DNA of 63,344 nt, counting the filler. It is 9 parts of 9 records of this genome, joined end to end, with 100 filler letters (N's around TTAATTAATTAA, not from the genome) between each part and the next. Parts side by side here need not be neighbours in the genome. Positions count along the whole stretch, not along the records: positions 27,438 to 33,348 come from SRR31147125_67417; positions 33,449 to 41,165 come from SRR31147125_67476; positions 41,266 to 46,408 come from SRR31147125_67560; 6 more parts are not named here. One strand, written 5' to 3'. Both the position numbers and the translations under genes were made by a program. The notes under the pieces were generated by a model. That model did not search any database. It was not told where the DNA came from and was given only the letters and a program-made list of their open reading frames with translations. How positions within the stretch are numbered: the first letter of the stretch is position 1; every line of letters begins with the position of its first letter. This document shows positions 30,021-41,417 of this stretch, piece after piece.

Positions 30021-30689
30021 TTATTCACAAAAAGCTGCTTTGGTTTTAAGCGAATCTACAATTTCATATGGGATAGTCAAATCTCCAAAACCGCTCCCCA
30101 AATCAACACCCGGTTTGTTTGTTCCGTGAAAATCAGTTCCGCCTGTGGCAATTAGTCCGTACTTCGCAGCAATTTTTTTAAGCTGATTTATTTCTTTACC
30201 AGAGTGAGTTGTGTAATAACATTCAACACCATTTATTCCGTAATTGGCAAGCTCCCCAATAAGTTCATCCAAGTCTTCCATCGACCAAAAATATTCTTTC
30301 GGGTGTGCCAATGAAGAAATGCCTCCGTATTTGGAAATGATATTTATAGCTTCTTTCGGGCTGCTCGAACTTTTACGAAGCTCTTTTTCTGCTTTGGTTA
30401 AAATATTTTCGAGTTCCTCGGTTGTTTTATCCATAAAATACGCCAAAATATGAATGCCAAATGGATGTCCCGGAGCGTAAGTCGATACTTCCATTCCCGG
30501 AATTAATTCAAGAGGGAGTTGAGATTCGCAAATATAATCGGCAGCTTCCTGGATGCCTCTCATTGTATCATGATCGGTAATTGCAACCGCAGAAAGTTTC
30601 TTCTTAATGGCATAGTCTACAAGTTCTTTTGGAGAGTAGCTTCCGTCGGAGGCGGTTGTGTGAATGTGTAAATCGATAGTTTTCATCAC
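30021..30689 (-). CDS. PHP-domain phosphoesterase (TrpH/YciV-like, short form)
   Basis: IDLHIHTTASDG, AITDHDT, LAHP, TGGTDFHG. Confidence 0.88.
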   Translation of the reverse strand: MMKTIDLHIHTTASDGSYSPKELVDYAIKKKLSAVAITDHDTMRGIQEAADYICESQLPLELIPGMEVSTYAPGHPFGIHILAYFMDKTTEELENILTKAEKELRKSSSSPKEAINIISKYGGISSLAHPKEYFWSMEDLDELIGELANYGINGVECYYTTHSGKEINQLKKIAAKYGLIATGGTDFHGTNKPGVDLGSGFGDLTIPYEIVDSLKTKAAFCE

Positions 30690-30995
30690 GACATTAAACT
30701 TTATTGATTAATAAATTGAAAAGAGAATTAACGATATAAAAGTAATGAATTTTGTTGGTCGACATAAGTCTGTTTAAAACATGTGTGCAGAATAATGTTT
30801 GAGTTGTAGTTGTGTTTCAATCAATTCGGATGAAAGTATTGAAACAAGTGATTTGAGAGGCAGTATTTATTTTTTTGTTAAGTTTTTGCTGCTACCACTC
30901 AAATTTGTTTATTCTGAAACTCCTCTTATTTTTTAGAATGGGCATAATGAGGGGATGAAAGTAGAGGATGTATCTGCATTTTGTTGAAGTAAATT

Positions 30996-31120
30996 GTTTC
31001 AGCCTTTCAGGCTGAGATTACCACGAGGCAGACATTATCCCAACGCGATGCTTTGGGTTTTGGTGTGAAAGGCTTTCAGCCTTTTGAGATGTCGGGCAAA
31101 ACTGGCTGAAAGTCTGAAAC
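30996..31120. repeat. Degenerate REP-like palindromic element
   Basis: Hairpins TCAGCC-TTTCA-GGCTGA and AAAGGC-TTTCA-GCCTTT, central CCCAACGC-GAT-GCTTTGGG, terminal inverted GTTTCAG.CTTTCAG. Confidence 0.55.
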
Positions 31121-31235
31121 ATTATAAAAAAGCAAAATTTATAAAATGGTGGTAATTATTTGCTTGCAAGAATCTGTCATTGTCATCATAATGCAATGGA
31201 ATGAAAGAATCTTCTCCATTATTAGCTAATTGTAT

Positions 31236-32003
31236 TTAACATGTTCCTTCCAGCCAATTTTTAAAAGTCCTTACCTTTTCGCGAGCCACCAAAAAATCAT
31301 CCTCGTTGGCATGTTCAACTTTTAGTTTTAAGCGCGAATTGCTGTAAGCAACCACATCGGAAATGCTTTGCAGAGCCACCAAATATTTACGGTTTATTCT
31401 GAAAAACTGTTCGGGATTTATTATGCCCTCCACCAGTTCAAGGCTTTGATCGAGTAAATAATCTTTTCCATCAGTAAGTTTAGCGTAAGTTCCTTTTTCG
31501 AAACTGTAGAAATAAAGAATATCCTTTGTTTCGATAACCCGCAAATGTGTTCCCACTTTCACCAAAAAACGCTCTTTGTAGCTTTTCTTTTTTAGCGAAT
31601 CCACAACTTCTCGAAGAATGTCTGGCGTAAGACTACTGTTTCCCGGCTGTGCAAGTTTATCGAATTTCTCAAGTGCTTTTTGTAGTTCCTCGCGCTCAAT
31701 GGGTTTTAAAAGATAATCAACGCTATTCACTTTAAATGCACGAATGGCGTAATCGTCGTAAGCCGTTGTGAAAATTACCGGACTCGAAAATTCAATCTGC
31801 TCAAAAATTTCAAAACTTAAACCATCTCCCAGTTGAATGTCGAAAAAAGCAAGGTCGGGCGCATCATTATTTTGCAACCATTCCACTGCCGATTTTATTG
31901 TGTCGCAAACAGCCGCAATTTTTGCTTCCGGCCTCAATGCCGAAATATGTGCAGCCAGTTGTGCCGCTGCCAATGGTTCGTCTTCTACAATTAGTATGTT
32001 CAT
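31236..32003 (-). CDS. LytTR response regulator
   Basis: ILIVEDE, FFDIQL, FTTAYD, DYLLKP, FFRINR. Confidence 0.93.
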   Translation of the reverse strand: MNILIVEDEPLAAAQLAAHISALRPEAKIAAVCDTIKSAVEWLQNNDAPDLAFFDIQLGDGLSFEIFEQIEFSSPVIFTTAYDDYAIRAFKVNSVDYLLKPIEREELQKALEKFDKLAQPGNSSLTPDILREVVDSLKKKSYKERFLVKVGTHLRVIETKDILYFYSFEKGTYAKLTDGKDYLLDQSLELVEGIINPEQFFRINRKYLVALQSISDVVAYSNSRLKLKVEHANEDDFLVAREKVRTFKNWLEGTC

Positions 32004-32210
32004 TTCTTCCAGTTGCGAGTCCCGCTCTATGAGCTGCGAGTTTTGGTCTATTCCGTTTTTATATTTTGGGAGAAGTTGATTGTAATTTGTGGTGATTATA
32101 TTGAAAAATATTGTTTATTCAATAACAATAAATTCCTACTTAATCTCCAGTAATTACTTCAATCAATCCCCTCAATTTTCAGTAAATCAATTCTTCAATC
32201 CTTCAATTCC

Positions 32211-33287
32211 TTAATCTTCCAGTCCTTCAATCCGTATCAACGGCAAACGAACCCGAAAATACCCTCCGTTTTTCGAAATAATCATTTCCTTTCCAGTCAG
32301 GTATTCGTAGCGTCCGGCAAGGTTTTTAAGTCCTGTGCCACTTGTTGTTTCCTGCGTTTGTTTTGGTTGAAGATTATTTTCCACAATCAACTCGTAATCG
32401 TCGGAGATAGCAACTACAATTTTAAGTGCATTGGCCTGCGAAATTTCGTTGTGCTTAATGGCGTTTTCTACCAGCGCCTGCAACGATAGTGGAATTACCT
32501 TTCCATCTACCTTTTCGTTGGCAATAATATCCACTTGTAAAGCCTCGCCAAAACGAATTTGCTGCAGGTAAATATATTTCTTTACAAAATCAATCTCTTC
32601 TTTCAGCGAAATAATATCGAGGTCTTTAAAATGTAGCACATCGCGGTAAAATTTCGAGAGTTCGCGGTTGAATTCTTTGGCCTTCGAAATGTCAATATCC
32701 ATTAAACTGCCCAAAACATTCAGGCTATTAAATAAAAAATGCGGATTTATCTGGTCTTGCAAAACCTTATATTGCAACGATAACGATTCTCTTTTTACCT
32801 GTTCTTTTTGGCTCACTTCTTCGCGCCAGGCTCTGAAAAAAGATATCGCGTAAATTATAGAGGCTACAATTACAAAAATGATGTATTCTGAAATGATTGT
32901 GCCACGGTTGTATTCCATAAACTGATCCCAGCTGCGTTCCATTACGTAAATAAACCAGAACCAGTTAACGGTCCATATTACAATACTTGAATATACGAAG
33001 TGCATTGCCAAAGCCCCAAAAACGCTGCGTACCGGACGATTAATCCAATCGATAAATCGTTTCTCAAACCACCCGGAAAGGTAACCGTTGGCGAACAGTG
33101 GAAGACCAAGGCTAAGAGAATAGCCTGCATTCCAAACATAGCTCATGAACGACATTTTTAAGGTGCCACCCATTAATACCGTAGTGGTTAAGCCAATTAA
33201 AATGGAAACAACAACAGCAATAAACCAATTAATTCCGGTGGACTTTTTCATGCAAGTTTCGTCGTTTGTATTTTTTTGAGTTTTCAA
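32211..33287 (-). CDS. LytS/YehU-family sensor histidine kinase
   Basis: TM N-terminus, QINPHFLFNSLN, QIRFGE, LVENAIKHN, GTGLKNL. Confidence 0.92.
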   Translation of the reverse strand: MKTQKNTNDETCMKKSTGINWFIAVVVSILIGLTTTVLMGGTLKMSFMSYVWNAGYSLSLGLPLFANGYLSGWFEKRFIDWINRPVRSVFGALAMHFVYSSIVIWTVNWFWFIYVMERSWDQFMEYNRGTIISEYIIFVIVASIIYAISFFRAWREEVSQKEQVKRESLSLQYKVLQDQINPHFLFNSLNVLGSLMDIDISKAKEFNRELSKFYRDVLHFKDLDIISLKEEIDFVKKYIYLQQIRFGEALQVDIIANEKVDGKVIPLSLQALVENAIKHNEISQANALKIVVAISDDYELIVENNLQPKQTQETTSGTGLKNLAGRYEYLTGKEMIISKNGGYFRVRLPLIRIEGLED

Positions 33288-33450
33288 GATAGAGAATTTT
33301 AAGAAAGAAGAAATAAAAAAATTGCTTATCCGTTATCCTGCCAGTAATNNNNNNNNNNNNNNNNNNNNNNNNNNNNNNNNNNNNNNNNNNNNTTAATTAA
33401 TTAANNNNNNNNNNNNNNNNNNNNNNNNNNNNNNNNNNNNNNNNNNNNAC

Positions 33451-36400
33451 TCCTACCAGATCTATTTCAAATCCCGCCCGGCGGGAGAGTCCGAATGGTC
33501 TGTCGAGAAACAGATCACCGATTTCAGCGAATACAGACTGGGACAGGATTACGAGTTCTATCAGTTTGACAACCAGAGGCCCCATGTCGTAACGGACAAC
33601 GGTACGATCCATCTGGCCTGGGAGAGGAGGCTGGGACGCGAGACCCCGCAGATCTACTATACGAAACTGGATTCAGCCGGAAACATTACAGGAGAAACAG
33701 AGCAGGTCTCCCGGGGAACCTACTTCACCGCCTTTCCCCGCATCCGTGTCAAAGACGGCGCGCTCTATCTTCTCTGGTTTGACAACCGCAACGGCAACCA
33801 GATTGTCATGGCGGAAAAGAAGGGATTGTTCTGGCAGGAAAAAAACCTCAGTCTGCTGAGAGGGGACTCCACCTACGGCCGCTGGATGGAGCTGAACGGA
33901 GACCTGTTCATCCTCTGGGAGAACAGGCTGGACACACGGCGGAGGATCATGCTGCTGCGGCCCGACAGGACCGCGGCGGAACCCATCGTCCGGACCGTCA
34001 ACTTCACTCCCGCGGGACGGCAGTCCGATGACCGGGCCACCATCAGCTGGCGCCGCCCCGCAGACTCATCGGGGATCCTCGGATTCAGCTACGTCTGGGA
34101 CAGGGAACCGGAGACCATCCCCCCGAAAGAGGCAGATCTGGTGGATCTGCGGGAGCGGACCGTGACATTCCGGGCCGTTGAAGACGGGGAGTGGTTCTTT
34201 CATATTGCCGCCGTCGATTATGCGGGGAACTGGTCCGATCCGGTCCATATCTCCCTTACCAGAGATACCACACCGCCGCTGCCTCCGCGGTTCTTCAAGC
34301 CTCCCACGGATGAAAGGGGATACCTGAAAAGCAATACCTTCTCTATCTCCTGGAATTCGGATGAAGAATACCTGGGCGGATTCAGTTACAGGATTCACTT
34401 TCTGGGTGAAGATGTGGATTTCATCGATCCCGACACACTGAACCTCCCGCTCCCTGCCGGACGGGTCCAGACCCGCAATTCCGCCGTCAGCTATACCAAC
34501 CGGGACAATGGGATCTGGGCGCTCTCGGTCGTTGTCATCGATGATGTCGGCAATGTCAGTCAGCCCGCATCCATCCTCTTCAGGACAGACAAATACATCC
34601 CCGTCACCTACATCAGCGATGTCCGTTCATCCCGCGACAGACTGGAACGGGTGGTTCTCCGCCTGATAGGACGGGGATTCAGCGAAGGCGGGGATGTTTC
34701 AAGAGTCGTTCTGGACCGGAACGGCAGGGCGCCCTGGGATTATGAGTACTCCTCCGGAGAGTTCAAGGTTGTTTCCGACAGGATCATCGAAGGTCCTGTG
34801 GTTGAAGTGTTCGAGGAAGGGACGTACCGGGTCGGCGTCATACACCCCTCCAGAGGTCTGGTATTTGCCAGGGGACGCCTGAAACTGGATTCCACCGGCA
34901 CGGTCCGGTTCGGAGACTTCTCCTACGATTTCAGGACCTTCTGGGAACCCTTCCGGATGGCCCGCCGCATCTGGGATATCAACAGGACCCTCTGGGGCGT
35001 ACTGCTGCTCTTCCTCTTTTCCGTTTCATTCCTCTCGGCTTTTCAGATATTCCGGATCCTCCGGGAAAGCAGAGACCTGGAAATGAACATTCAAGCCATT
35101 ATCGAAGGAACCCCCTGCCGGGTATAATATCCAAGGAGAAACTGAAAATCATGAAAAAACGAGGCATCGGACTCAGGCTGAAATTCACTCTGGCCCTGCT
35201 CACACTCATTCTGGCAGTCATTCTGCTGATATCCGTCTTCCTGGGAAGATTCATGATCAACACTCAGAAGGACAACCTGTCAGAGGGACTGTACCAGCGC
35301 AGCGCACTCCTCCTTGAAACCCTGGCAACCGGAGCCAGGACCTATCTGCCCACCCAGAACCGGCTGGAGCTGGGCCTCCTGCCGGGACAGATCCGGGCCA
35401 TGGAGGATGCCCTGAATACGACTATCACGGGCCAGGGGGCCAATGACCCGGATAACTACGGCTACATCTGGGCCTCCAACGATCCGATGATCAGCCGGAA
35501 ACAGGCATTCCCGTCCCGGGTATCCCGTACCCGGCTTACGATCCCCGAGAACTGGTCCGAGAGTTTCACGGAAGAACTGCTTGCCCCCTATATCATAGAA
35601 GAGAATGTATACGACTTCTCGAAGGTGGAGGAGAAGGACCGGGAAGGGCTGTATGAACTGCTCAGCGGCTCCGGCCTGATCAGCGATATAGAACCGGGAA
35701 TCACGGCCATCAGCGACGAGCTCGCCAGTGCCGTCACGGCCCTGCAGCAGGAGATCAATGAGAAGGCGGCGGAACTGATCGGTGATCAGAACATTCAGCT
35801 GGACCAGCTTTCCGAGGATGCGGTCAAGCTGGCTCTCCGGGGGGACAGAAAATCCCTGGAGGAACTGAGCATCATACAGGAAACCATCAGCCGGATCGAA
35901 ACGGAGATCAACGACAAGCTGAAAACCGTCTCCAATGTGGTATTCTCCCATCCCGACTTCTCTGCCGGTCTTTCTCCGGACCAGACGGTTTACACCTTCT
36001 ACAAACCCATTGTCTACCGGAACAAGGGAATGAGCACCTACTTCCGGGGAATCGTCAGGATGGAGGTCTCCACAGAGAACATCCTCGAAGAGATCATTGA
36101 TATTCAGCAGAACATCATCCGGATTACGATCATCATCTCTCTTGTCGCCCTGACCGGCGGTCTGGTGGGAGCGATGCTCCTGGCCCAGGCGATGATCAAC
36201 CCCATCAAGAAACTGGTTCAGGGTGTTGAAAAAGTCAGGGACACCCAGGACAAGTCCAAACTGTCCGATTATTCCATCGAGGTGAAGACACGGGATGAGC
36301 TGGCGGTTCTGGCCCGGACGTTCAACCAGATGACCGAAGGACTGGTCAAAGCGGCCGCGGCCAACAAGGAACTGATCCTCGGTAAGGAAATCCAGAAGAA

Positions 36401-37481
36401 ATTCATCCCTCTGGAAACAGTGTCCATTTCGGACAGGAAACTCTCCACCGGTGAAACAGAAAATGAAAACGCCCACTTCTTCGGTTATTACGAGGGGGCC
36501 AAGGGAGTTTCGGGAGACTACTTCGATTTCCGTCAGCTGGATGACAAACACTATGCCATCATCAAGTGCGACATCTCCGGAAAGGGGATCTCGGCATCTC
36601 TGATCATGGTGGAAGTAGCGACCATCTTCATCAACTACTTTAAAAATCTGAATATCACAAGAGACGGCATCCACCTGGACAAACTGGTATACAGCATCAA
36701 CGACCTGCTGGAAGAGGTCGGCTTCAAGGGCCGGTTTGCCGCCTTTATCGTTGTGGTCATGAATGTGGAAACCGGAAAGTGCTGGATGTGCAACGCCGGA
36801 GACAACCAGGTCCATTACTACGACGGTGCCAAAGAGAAGATGATCGTCAAAACCATCAACGAGGTTCCGGCCGCGGGAGTTTTCCCCTCCTTCATGCTGG
36901 AGGGAGACAGGGGCTACAAACAGGTACCCCATGTGCTGAAACGGGGCGACATCCTGTTCCTTTTCACCGACGGAATCGAAGAGGCGCAGAGACACTTCCG
37001 GAATGACCGGTTCGAGCAGATAGTCTGCGACGGCTCCTGCGAGCAGGAAGAGCAGGGGTATAAAACCCATGAGGTGGACAGCGGATTCGAGGAGTTCGGG
37101 ATCCCCCGGATCCAGGACGTGGTGGAAGCCACCCTTGACAGGAAGACCTACAGCCTCTACAAGCATCACAATCCGGTTCCCGACGCTCCTCTCTCCTTTG
37201 ATTTTACCGGATGTACGGGAACGGTGAATGAAGCGGTTCTGGCCCTCGTTTCTGTGGAAAAGATCTTCCGCCTGAATCCTGATCCCTCAGCAGGTGAGAA
37301 CGACCGGATCCGTATCGACAACAAAATCGATGAATTCCTGAAAAAGCATTTCGACCAGTACCGGGAGTATTTCCGGTACCCCATTCCCGACGAGGAGTAT
37401 CCTGAATATACCTACTACTCACACCTCCGGGAGGATGAGCAGTTCGATGACCTGACAATTCTGGGAATCAAGAAGAAATAA
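33451..37481 (+). CDS. Large membrane-anchored HAMP-SpoIIE (PP2C) phosphatase with beta-rich/Fn3-like N-terminal region (5' partial; C-run frameshift near 35113)
   Basis: Frame open from the contig start; FHIAAVDYAGNWS repeats; one extra C gives GTPLPGIISKEKLKIMKKRG; HAMP DELAVLARTFNQM; GDYFD, CDISGKG, FTDGIEE, DDLTIL. Confidence 0.85.
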
Positions 37482-37798
37482 TGGGATTCTACTGTGACAA
37501 CTGCGGCATGAAAGTCGATAAGGATTCTGATGAGTGCCCCCGCTGCGGAGTGCTTTTCCGGGCTGTAAAATGCCCGCGCTGCGGCTTCTCGGGCCCGTCG
37601 GAACGCTTCTCAAAGGGGTGCCCGTCCTGCGGGTTTACGCCCGGGACCTCCCGGACCCCGCCTCGGGCCGAAAGAGTCCCGGAAGAGAAACACAGGCCCC
37701 GGTTCCCTTTTCTCCGGATAAGCGACCGGACCTTCTGGCTCCTGAGCCTGGTCCTGCTGCTGCTGATGGCTCTCCTTATCTGGCTTCTGGTAGGGTAA
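37481..37798 (+). CDS. Double zinc-ribbon protein with C-terminal TM
   Basis: Four CxxC pairs; TAATG overlap with the upstream stop. Confidence 0.8.
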   Translation: MGFYCDNCGMKVDKDSDECPRCGVLFRAVKCPRCGFSGPSERFSKGCPSCGFTPGTSRTPPRAERVPEEKHRPRFPFLRISDRTFWLLSLVLLLLMALLIWLLVG

Positions 37799-37846
37799 TA
37801 TCCCGGAGCCGGGCCGGATACAAAGCCCTGTCTTTCTCCGTCTCCC

Positions 37847-39298
37847 TCAGAAGAGAAAACCGAGACTCATCCCCACGGAGAGAGAATCATCTCTTTTATG
37901 AACATTCTGCGAGACCGTATAGAACCGGATATACAGAGGGGTATCTCCCGGGTAGAGGGCTCCTTCCAGGGAGACCTGCATGACAAGGGGCGATCCTTTG
38001 ATGGAACGGGAATGCAGAGCAGACGAAAGGGCGGCGCTGAAGAATGCATCCGTATAGGAAACGCCCCATCGGAAGGCTCCCGAAAAGTCCTGGCCCGTCC
38101 GGTCGGCATACCCCGTAAGGGGTTCGAAAGAATAGATGAGATCGGGAGCTACATAAAAATCCCAGCCGGAAACCCGGAACTGAACAGGAAAGGCCAGAGA
38201 AACACCCGAAGGATCCCGGATGACGGCGGTTGTCACCACATCGGACAGATCACTGATCCCCGCCCGCCAGGAGAAACGGCCCGCCATGGAAAACTGGAAT
38301 ATATTACGTCCCGTGATATAGACCTTATGGGAGGTATTCACCTTGAAAGTGGGCTGTTCGCCGTCGGGATGAAAGGAGACTTCCTCCAGTGCCGCTTCCC
38401 AGCGCTGGAGAGGAGATGTTCTCAGAAAAACGGAAAACGGGAGGTTCGGCGGCGGACGGTTCTCCGACTGCATGAAATCGGCGCTGAATACCGATCCGAA
38501 CTGAAAACTCCCGGGAAAAAGCAGGCGCGCCGAAGGCACAAGGACCAGTCCGGTGTATCCGGTGAAGTAATCAGCCGCTTTCCGGGTGTACCGTCTGTCC
38601 AGAATCAGTTCGGACCGGTTCTCCGGATCTTCGGAAAGGAAAACCCCGTACTCTCCGTCAGCGCGGCTCTCTCCCTCGGCATCTTTCCCCCGCCAGTGGT
38701 AAACAAAGTTTCCTCCCGGAGCCTCTGCGGCATTCAGGGTAACAACAGCCCTTCCATTACTGTCGACCACGACAAGATCTGTATCGGTAGTGTCGAACAA
38801 CTCCTCTGAATAGAGCAGCATGGTATAGTAACCCGGATCATCCGGATTGATCGTTCCGTAAAGAGGCCCGGATTTAAGGGTTCCGCCGTCCCCGGGGAGT
38901 TCGGCAGTCCGGGGCTCTTCCTCCTTGTATGAGACAAGGACCGTGGTCCTGTAATCCTTTCTGACATTCACCCAGAAAGAGAAGTCGTCGTATCCCGGCT
39001 TTTCCAGCCGGATACGGTAATACCCGCGGGCAATGGAGTTGTTCTCGTAGGGAGTCCGTCCGACTTCGGCATCAAAAAGGTAGACCTTCACATACTCGAT
39101 GTCCGTCACTATCTCCAGACCGGTGGAAAAACGGAACGTCCTGCCGGCCTTCCGGTCCTCTTCTTCCAGCCGGGCAGGCCTGTCGTAATCCTGGTCATCC
39201 AGTATGGTGATCTCCAGCCGGGGAGTACCGGGAACCTGCGCAGGAAGGAGGCTGAAGGACAGAGCAGCAAAAACCGTAAACATGACAAACCTTTTCAT
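37847..39298 (-). CDS. Exported PEGA + FlgD-Ig protein with probable C-terminal beta-barrel
   Basis: Signal peptide; GRTP...GYYRIRLEKPGY (PEGA); WRGKDAEG...DGEY (FlgD-like); ends GMSLGFLF. Confidence 0.72.
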   Translation of the reverse strand: MKRFVMFTVFAALSFSLLPAQVPGTPRLEITILDDQDYDRPARLEEEDRKAGRTFRFSTGLEIVTDIEYVKVYLFDAEVGRTPYENNSIARGYYRIRLEKPGYDDFSFWVNVRKDYRTTVLVSYKEEEPRTAELPGDGGTLKSGPLYGTINPDDPGYYTMLLYSEELFDTTDTDLVVVDSNGRAVVTLNAAEAPGGNFVYHWRGKDAEGESRADGEYGVFLSEDPENRSELILDRRYTRKAADYFTGYTGLVLVPSARLLFPGSFQFGSVFSADFMQSENRPPPNLPFSVFLRTSPLQRWEAALEEVSFHPDGEQPTFKVNTSHKVYITGRNIFQFSMAGRFSWRAGISDLSDVVTTAVIRDPSGVSLAFPVQFRVSGWDFYVAPDLIYSFEPLTGYADRTGQDFSGAFRWGVSYTDAFFSAALSSALHSRSIKGSPLVMQVSLEGALYPGDTPLYIRFYTVSQNVHKRDDSLSVGMSLGFLF

Positions 39299-39396
39299 AC
39301 CACCATCATATACTTGACTTGCCCGGAGAGTAAACAGAAACCGGAGGAATTGAAAATCACCTATGATTTTCTCCGTATTTTCCGATAGTATTAACT

Positions 39397-39990
39397 ATGA
39401 GACGGAAACTGTTCCTGTACCTTTTGATTTTTCTTCCGGTACTGTCACTGTCGGGCCAGTCCTCCCTGTTCAACACGGATCAGGAGGAGACTTCCGCTGA
39501 TGAAACTCCGGAATCCGAAGAACCCAAGCCCCTTCCGGCGGGATACAGAAACATCCTGCTGGGGATGCCGCTGGAACAGGTGAAAACCGCCCTGACCCGG
39601 GAGTCCCGTTTCGACTACAGGGGCGATCCCGATGTATCGATCCGGGATATGGGTTCCCGTGATCTGATCACCAGCCGGGGAAGGGGATTCATCGAAGAAG
39701 GATTCTTTCAGTTCCACGAGAACCAGCTGTACCTGATCGTAATCAACTTCAACAGGGAAAAGATCGATTTTTTCACCCTTCAGCAGCAGCTTACAGAGAG
39801 CTATGGCACTCCTGACGACATCTCTCCCGAGGGAATGAAATGGCAGAACGACTCTGTCATCCTCTCTCTGGAGTATCCTCTGATCCTGAAATACCTGGAT
39901 CGGCCTGTTTTCGAAGGGTTCCTGGAGGATGCCGCTGCAAGAAAGGGTTTTGAAGAAGTATCCAGAAATGAGTTTTTAAAGGATTTCTGA
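39397..39990 (+). CDS. Exported hypothetical protein
   Basis: Signal peptide; stop overlaps the DUF192 start. Confidence 0.7.
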   Translation: MRRKLFLYLLIFLPVLSLSGQSSLFNTDQEETSADETPESEEPKPLPAGYRNILLGMPLEQVKTALTRESRFDYRGDPDVSIRDMGSRDLITSRGRGFIEEGFFQFHENQLYLIVINFNREKIDFFTLQQQLTESYGTPDDISPEGMKWQNDSVILSLEYPLILKYLDRPVFEGFLEDAAARKGFEEVSRNEFLKDF

Positions 39991-40417
39991 TGAAAAGAGC
40001 ATCAATGGCGGTCCTGCTGGGACTGATCCTGCTGGGCGCCTGCACCCCGGGAGAAAAAAAGAAAACCGCCGAGTTGAAGATAGGTGAAAATACGCTCCGC
40101 GCGGAAGTGGCCGACACTCCGGAGACACGGCGGCAGGGACTGATGCACCGGACGGAACTGGCTCCGGACTGCGGGATGCTGTTTGTCTTTGACCGGGAGG
40201 AGCAGGTGTCGTTCTGGATGAAAGACACACCGCTTCCTCTCTCAATCGCCTATGTATCCAAATCCGGCATCATAAAAGAGATCCATGATCTGGAGCCCTT
40301 TTCCCGGGTTCCCGTCCGCTCCCGGTTCTCGGTCCTCTATGCCCTGAAGTCAACAGAGGGTATTTCAGGGAACACGGAATCAAAGAGGGGGACAGGATCG
40401 AGTTCCCCGAAGAGTAA
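39990..40417 (+). CDS. DUF192 lipoprotein (1-nt frameshift near 40346)
   Basis: EVADTPETRRQGLM, FWMKDTPLPLSIAY; one extra G gives YALEVNRGYF...GDRIEFPEE*. Confidence 0.85.
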
Positions 40418-40654
40418 TCATCCCTCCGGTTCGCCGGGGAGAAAACCGCCGGCTGGATCGAAGTCCCGTTCCGATCCGTCCTCAGAAAGGAGAACAATCT
40501 TCCGCTCCGCCTGGTCCAGCTCCGACTCCAGTTCCTGCGCCAGTTTCATGCCTTCCTCAAAGAGAGCGGACATTTCTGAAAAGGGGAGGCTGTTCTCCCG
40601 GATCAGGGCATTTATCTCTTCCAGGCGGGTCATTTTATCTTCAAAGGTTTTCAT
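40418..40654 (-). CDS. xseB: Exodeoxyribonuclease VII small subunit
   Basis: [11 protein letters not shown]...LFEEGMKL...LDQAERKI; follows xseA. Confidence 0.9.
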   Translation of the reverse strand: MKTFEDKMTRLEEINALIRENSLPFSEMSALFEEGMKLAQELESELDQAERKIVLLSEDGSERDFDPAGGFLPGEPEG

Positions 40655-41165
40655 TCTTCTCTCCTGTAATTAGGGCATGCTTCATGCCGTCCTGAAAGCG
40701 GAGGTCCACACCATCCCCTTCGGACAGATCTGCGGCAGCTGTCACAATCCGGTCATCCTTCAGAACCAGAGAATAACCCTTTTTCAGAATGGATTCGGGA
40801 GACTGGGTCTGAAGACTGAGCCGCAGCATCTGAAGGGAGTGCCGGACGCCCTTCAGGCGGTCATCCGCCCCCTGCCGGAGTTCCCCTTTCAGATCATCCA
40901 CCCGGATACGGCGCGGCTCGACGATCCCCTTCATTCTCTGAGCAAGGACCTCCCGTCCCGCCTGCTGGAGCTGCCAGTGCTTCCGTTCCAGATAGTGTTT
41001 CGTGGACCGGAGGATTTCCTCTTTCTGCCCCGCAACAGTCCGTTTCAGATCCGTGGCCGCCCGGGATACGATTTCCGCCGCAGCGGAAGGCGTCGCCGCC
41101 CGCACGTCGGCGGCATAATCGGCCAGACTGAAATCAATTTCATGCCCCACACCCGTCACAACGGG
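40641..41165 (-). CDS. xseA: Exodeoxyribonuclease VII large subunit (5' partial)
   Basis: [38 protein letters not shown]. Confidence 0.92.
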   Translation of the reverse strand, partial: PVVTGVGHEIDFSLADYAADVRAATPSAAAEIVSRAATDLKRTVAGQKEEILRSTKHYLERKHWQLQQAGREVLAQRMKGIVEPRRIRVDDLKGELRQGADDRLKGVRHSLQMLRLSLQTQSPESILKKGYSLVLKDDRIVTAAADLSEGDGVDLRFQDGMKHALITGEKNENL

Positions 41166-41265
41166 NNNNNNNNNNNNNNNNNNNNNNNNNNNNNNNNNNN
41201 NNNNNNNNNTTAATTAATTAANNNNNNNNNNNNNNNNNNNNNNNNNNNNNNNNNNNNNNNNNNNN

Positions 41266-41409
41266 CAGGCAGATTTCAGCCTCCCAGCCCTCAGGAAGCA
41301 AAGCGGCAAGCACAGGATAGGCAAGACCAATGAAATATAAACGCGATTTCTTAACCGGACGCCCGCGATCATCATAAATAGTCGGCTGTATAAAAAGAAC
41401 CTTTTTCAT
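41266..41409 (-). CDS. Second cobalamin-dependent radical SAM protein (N-terminus only)
   Basis: MKKVLFIQPT...GLAYPVLAALLPEGWEAEICL resembles a B12-binding-domain start; truncated at the contig end. Confidence 0.65.
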
Positions 41410-41417
41410 CGTTTAAC

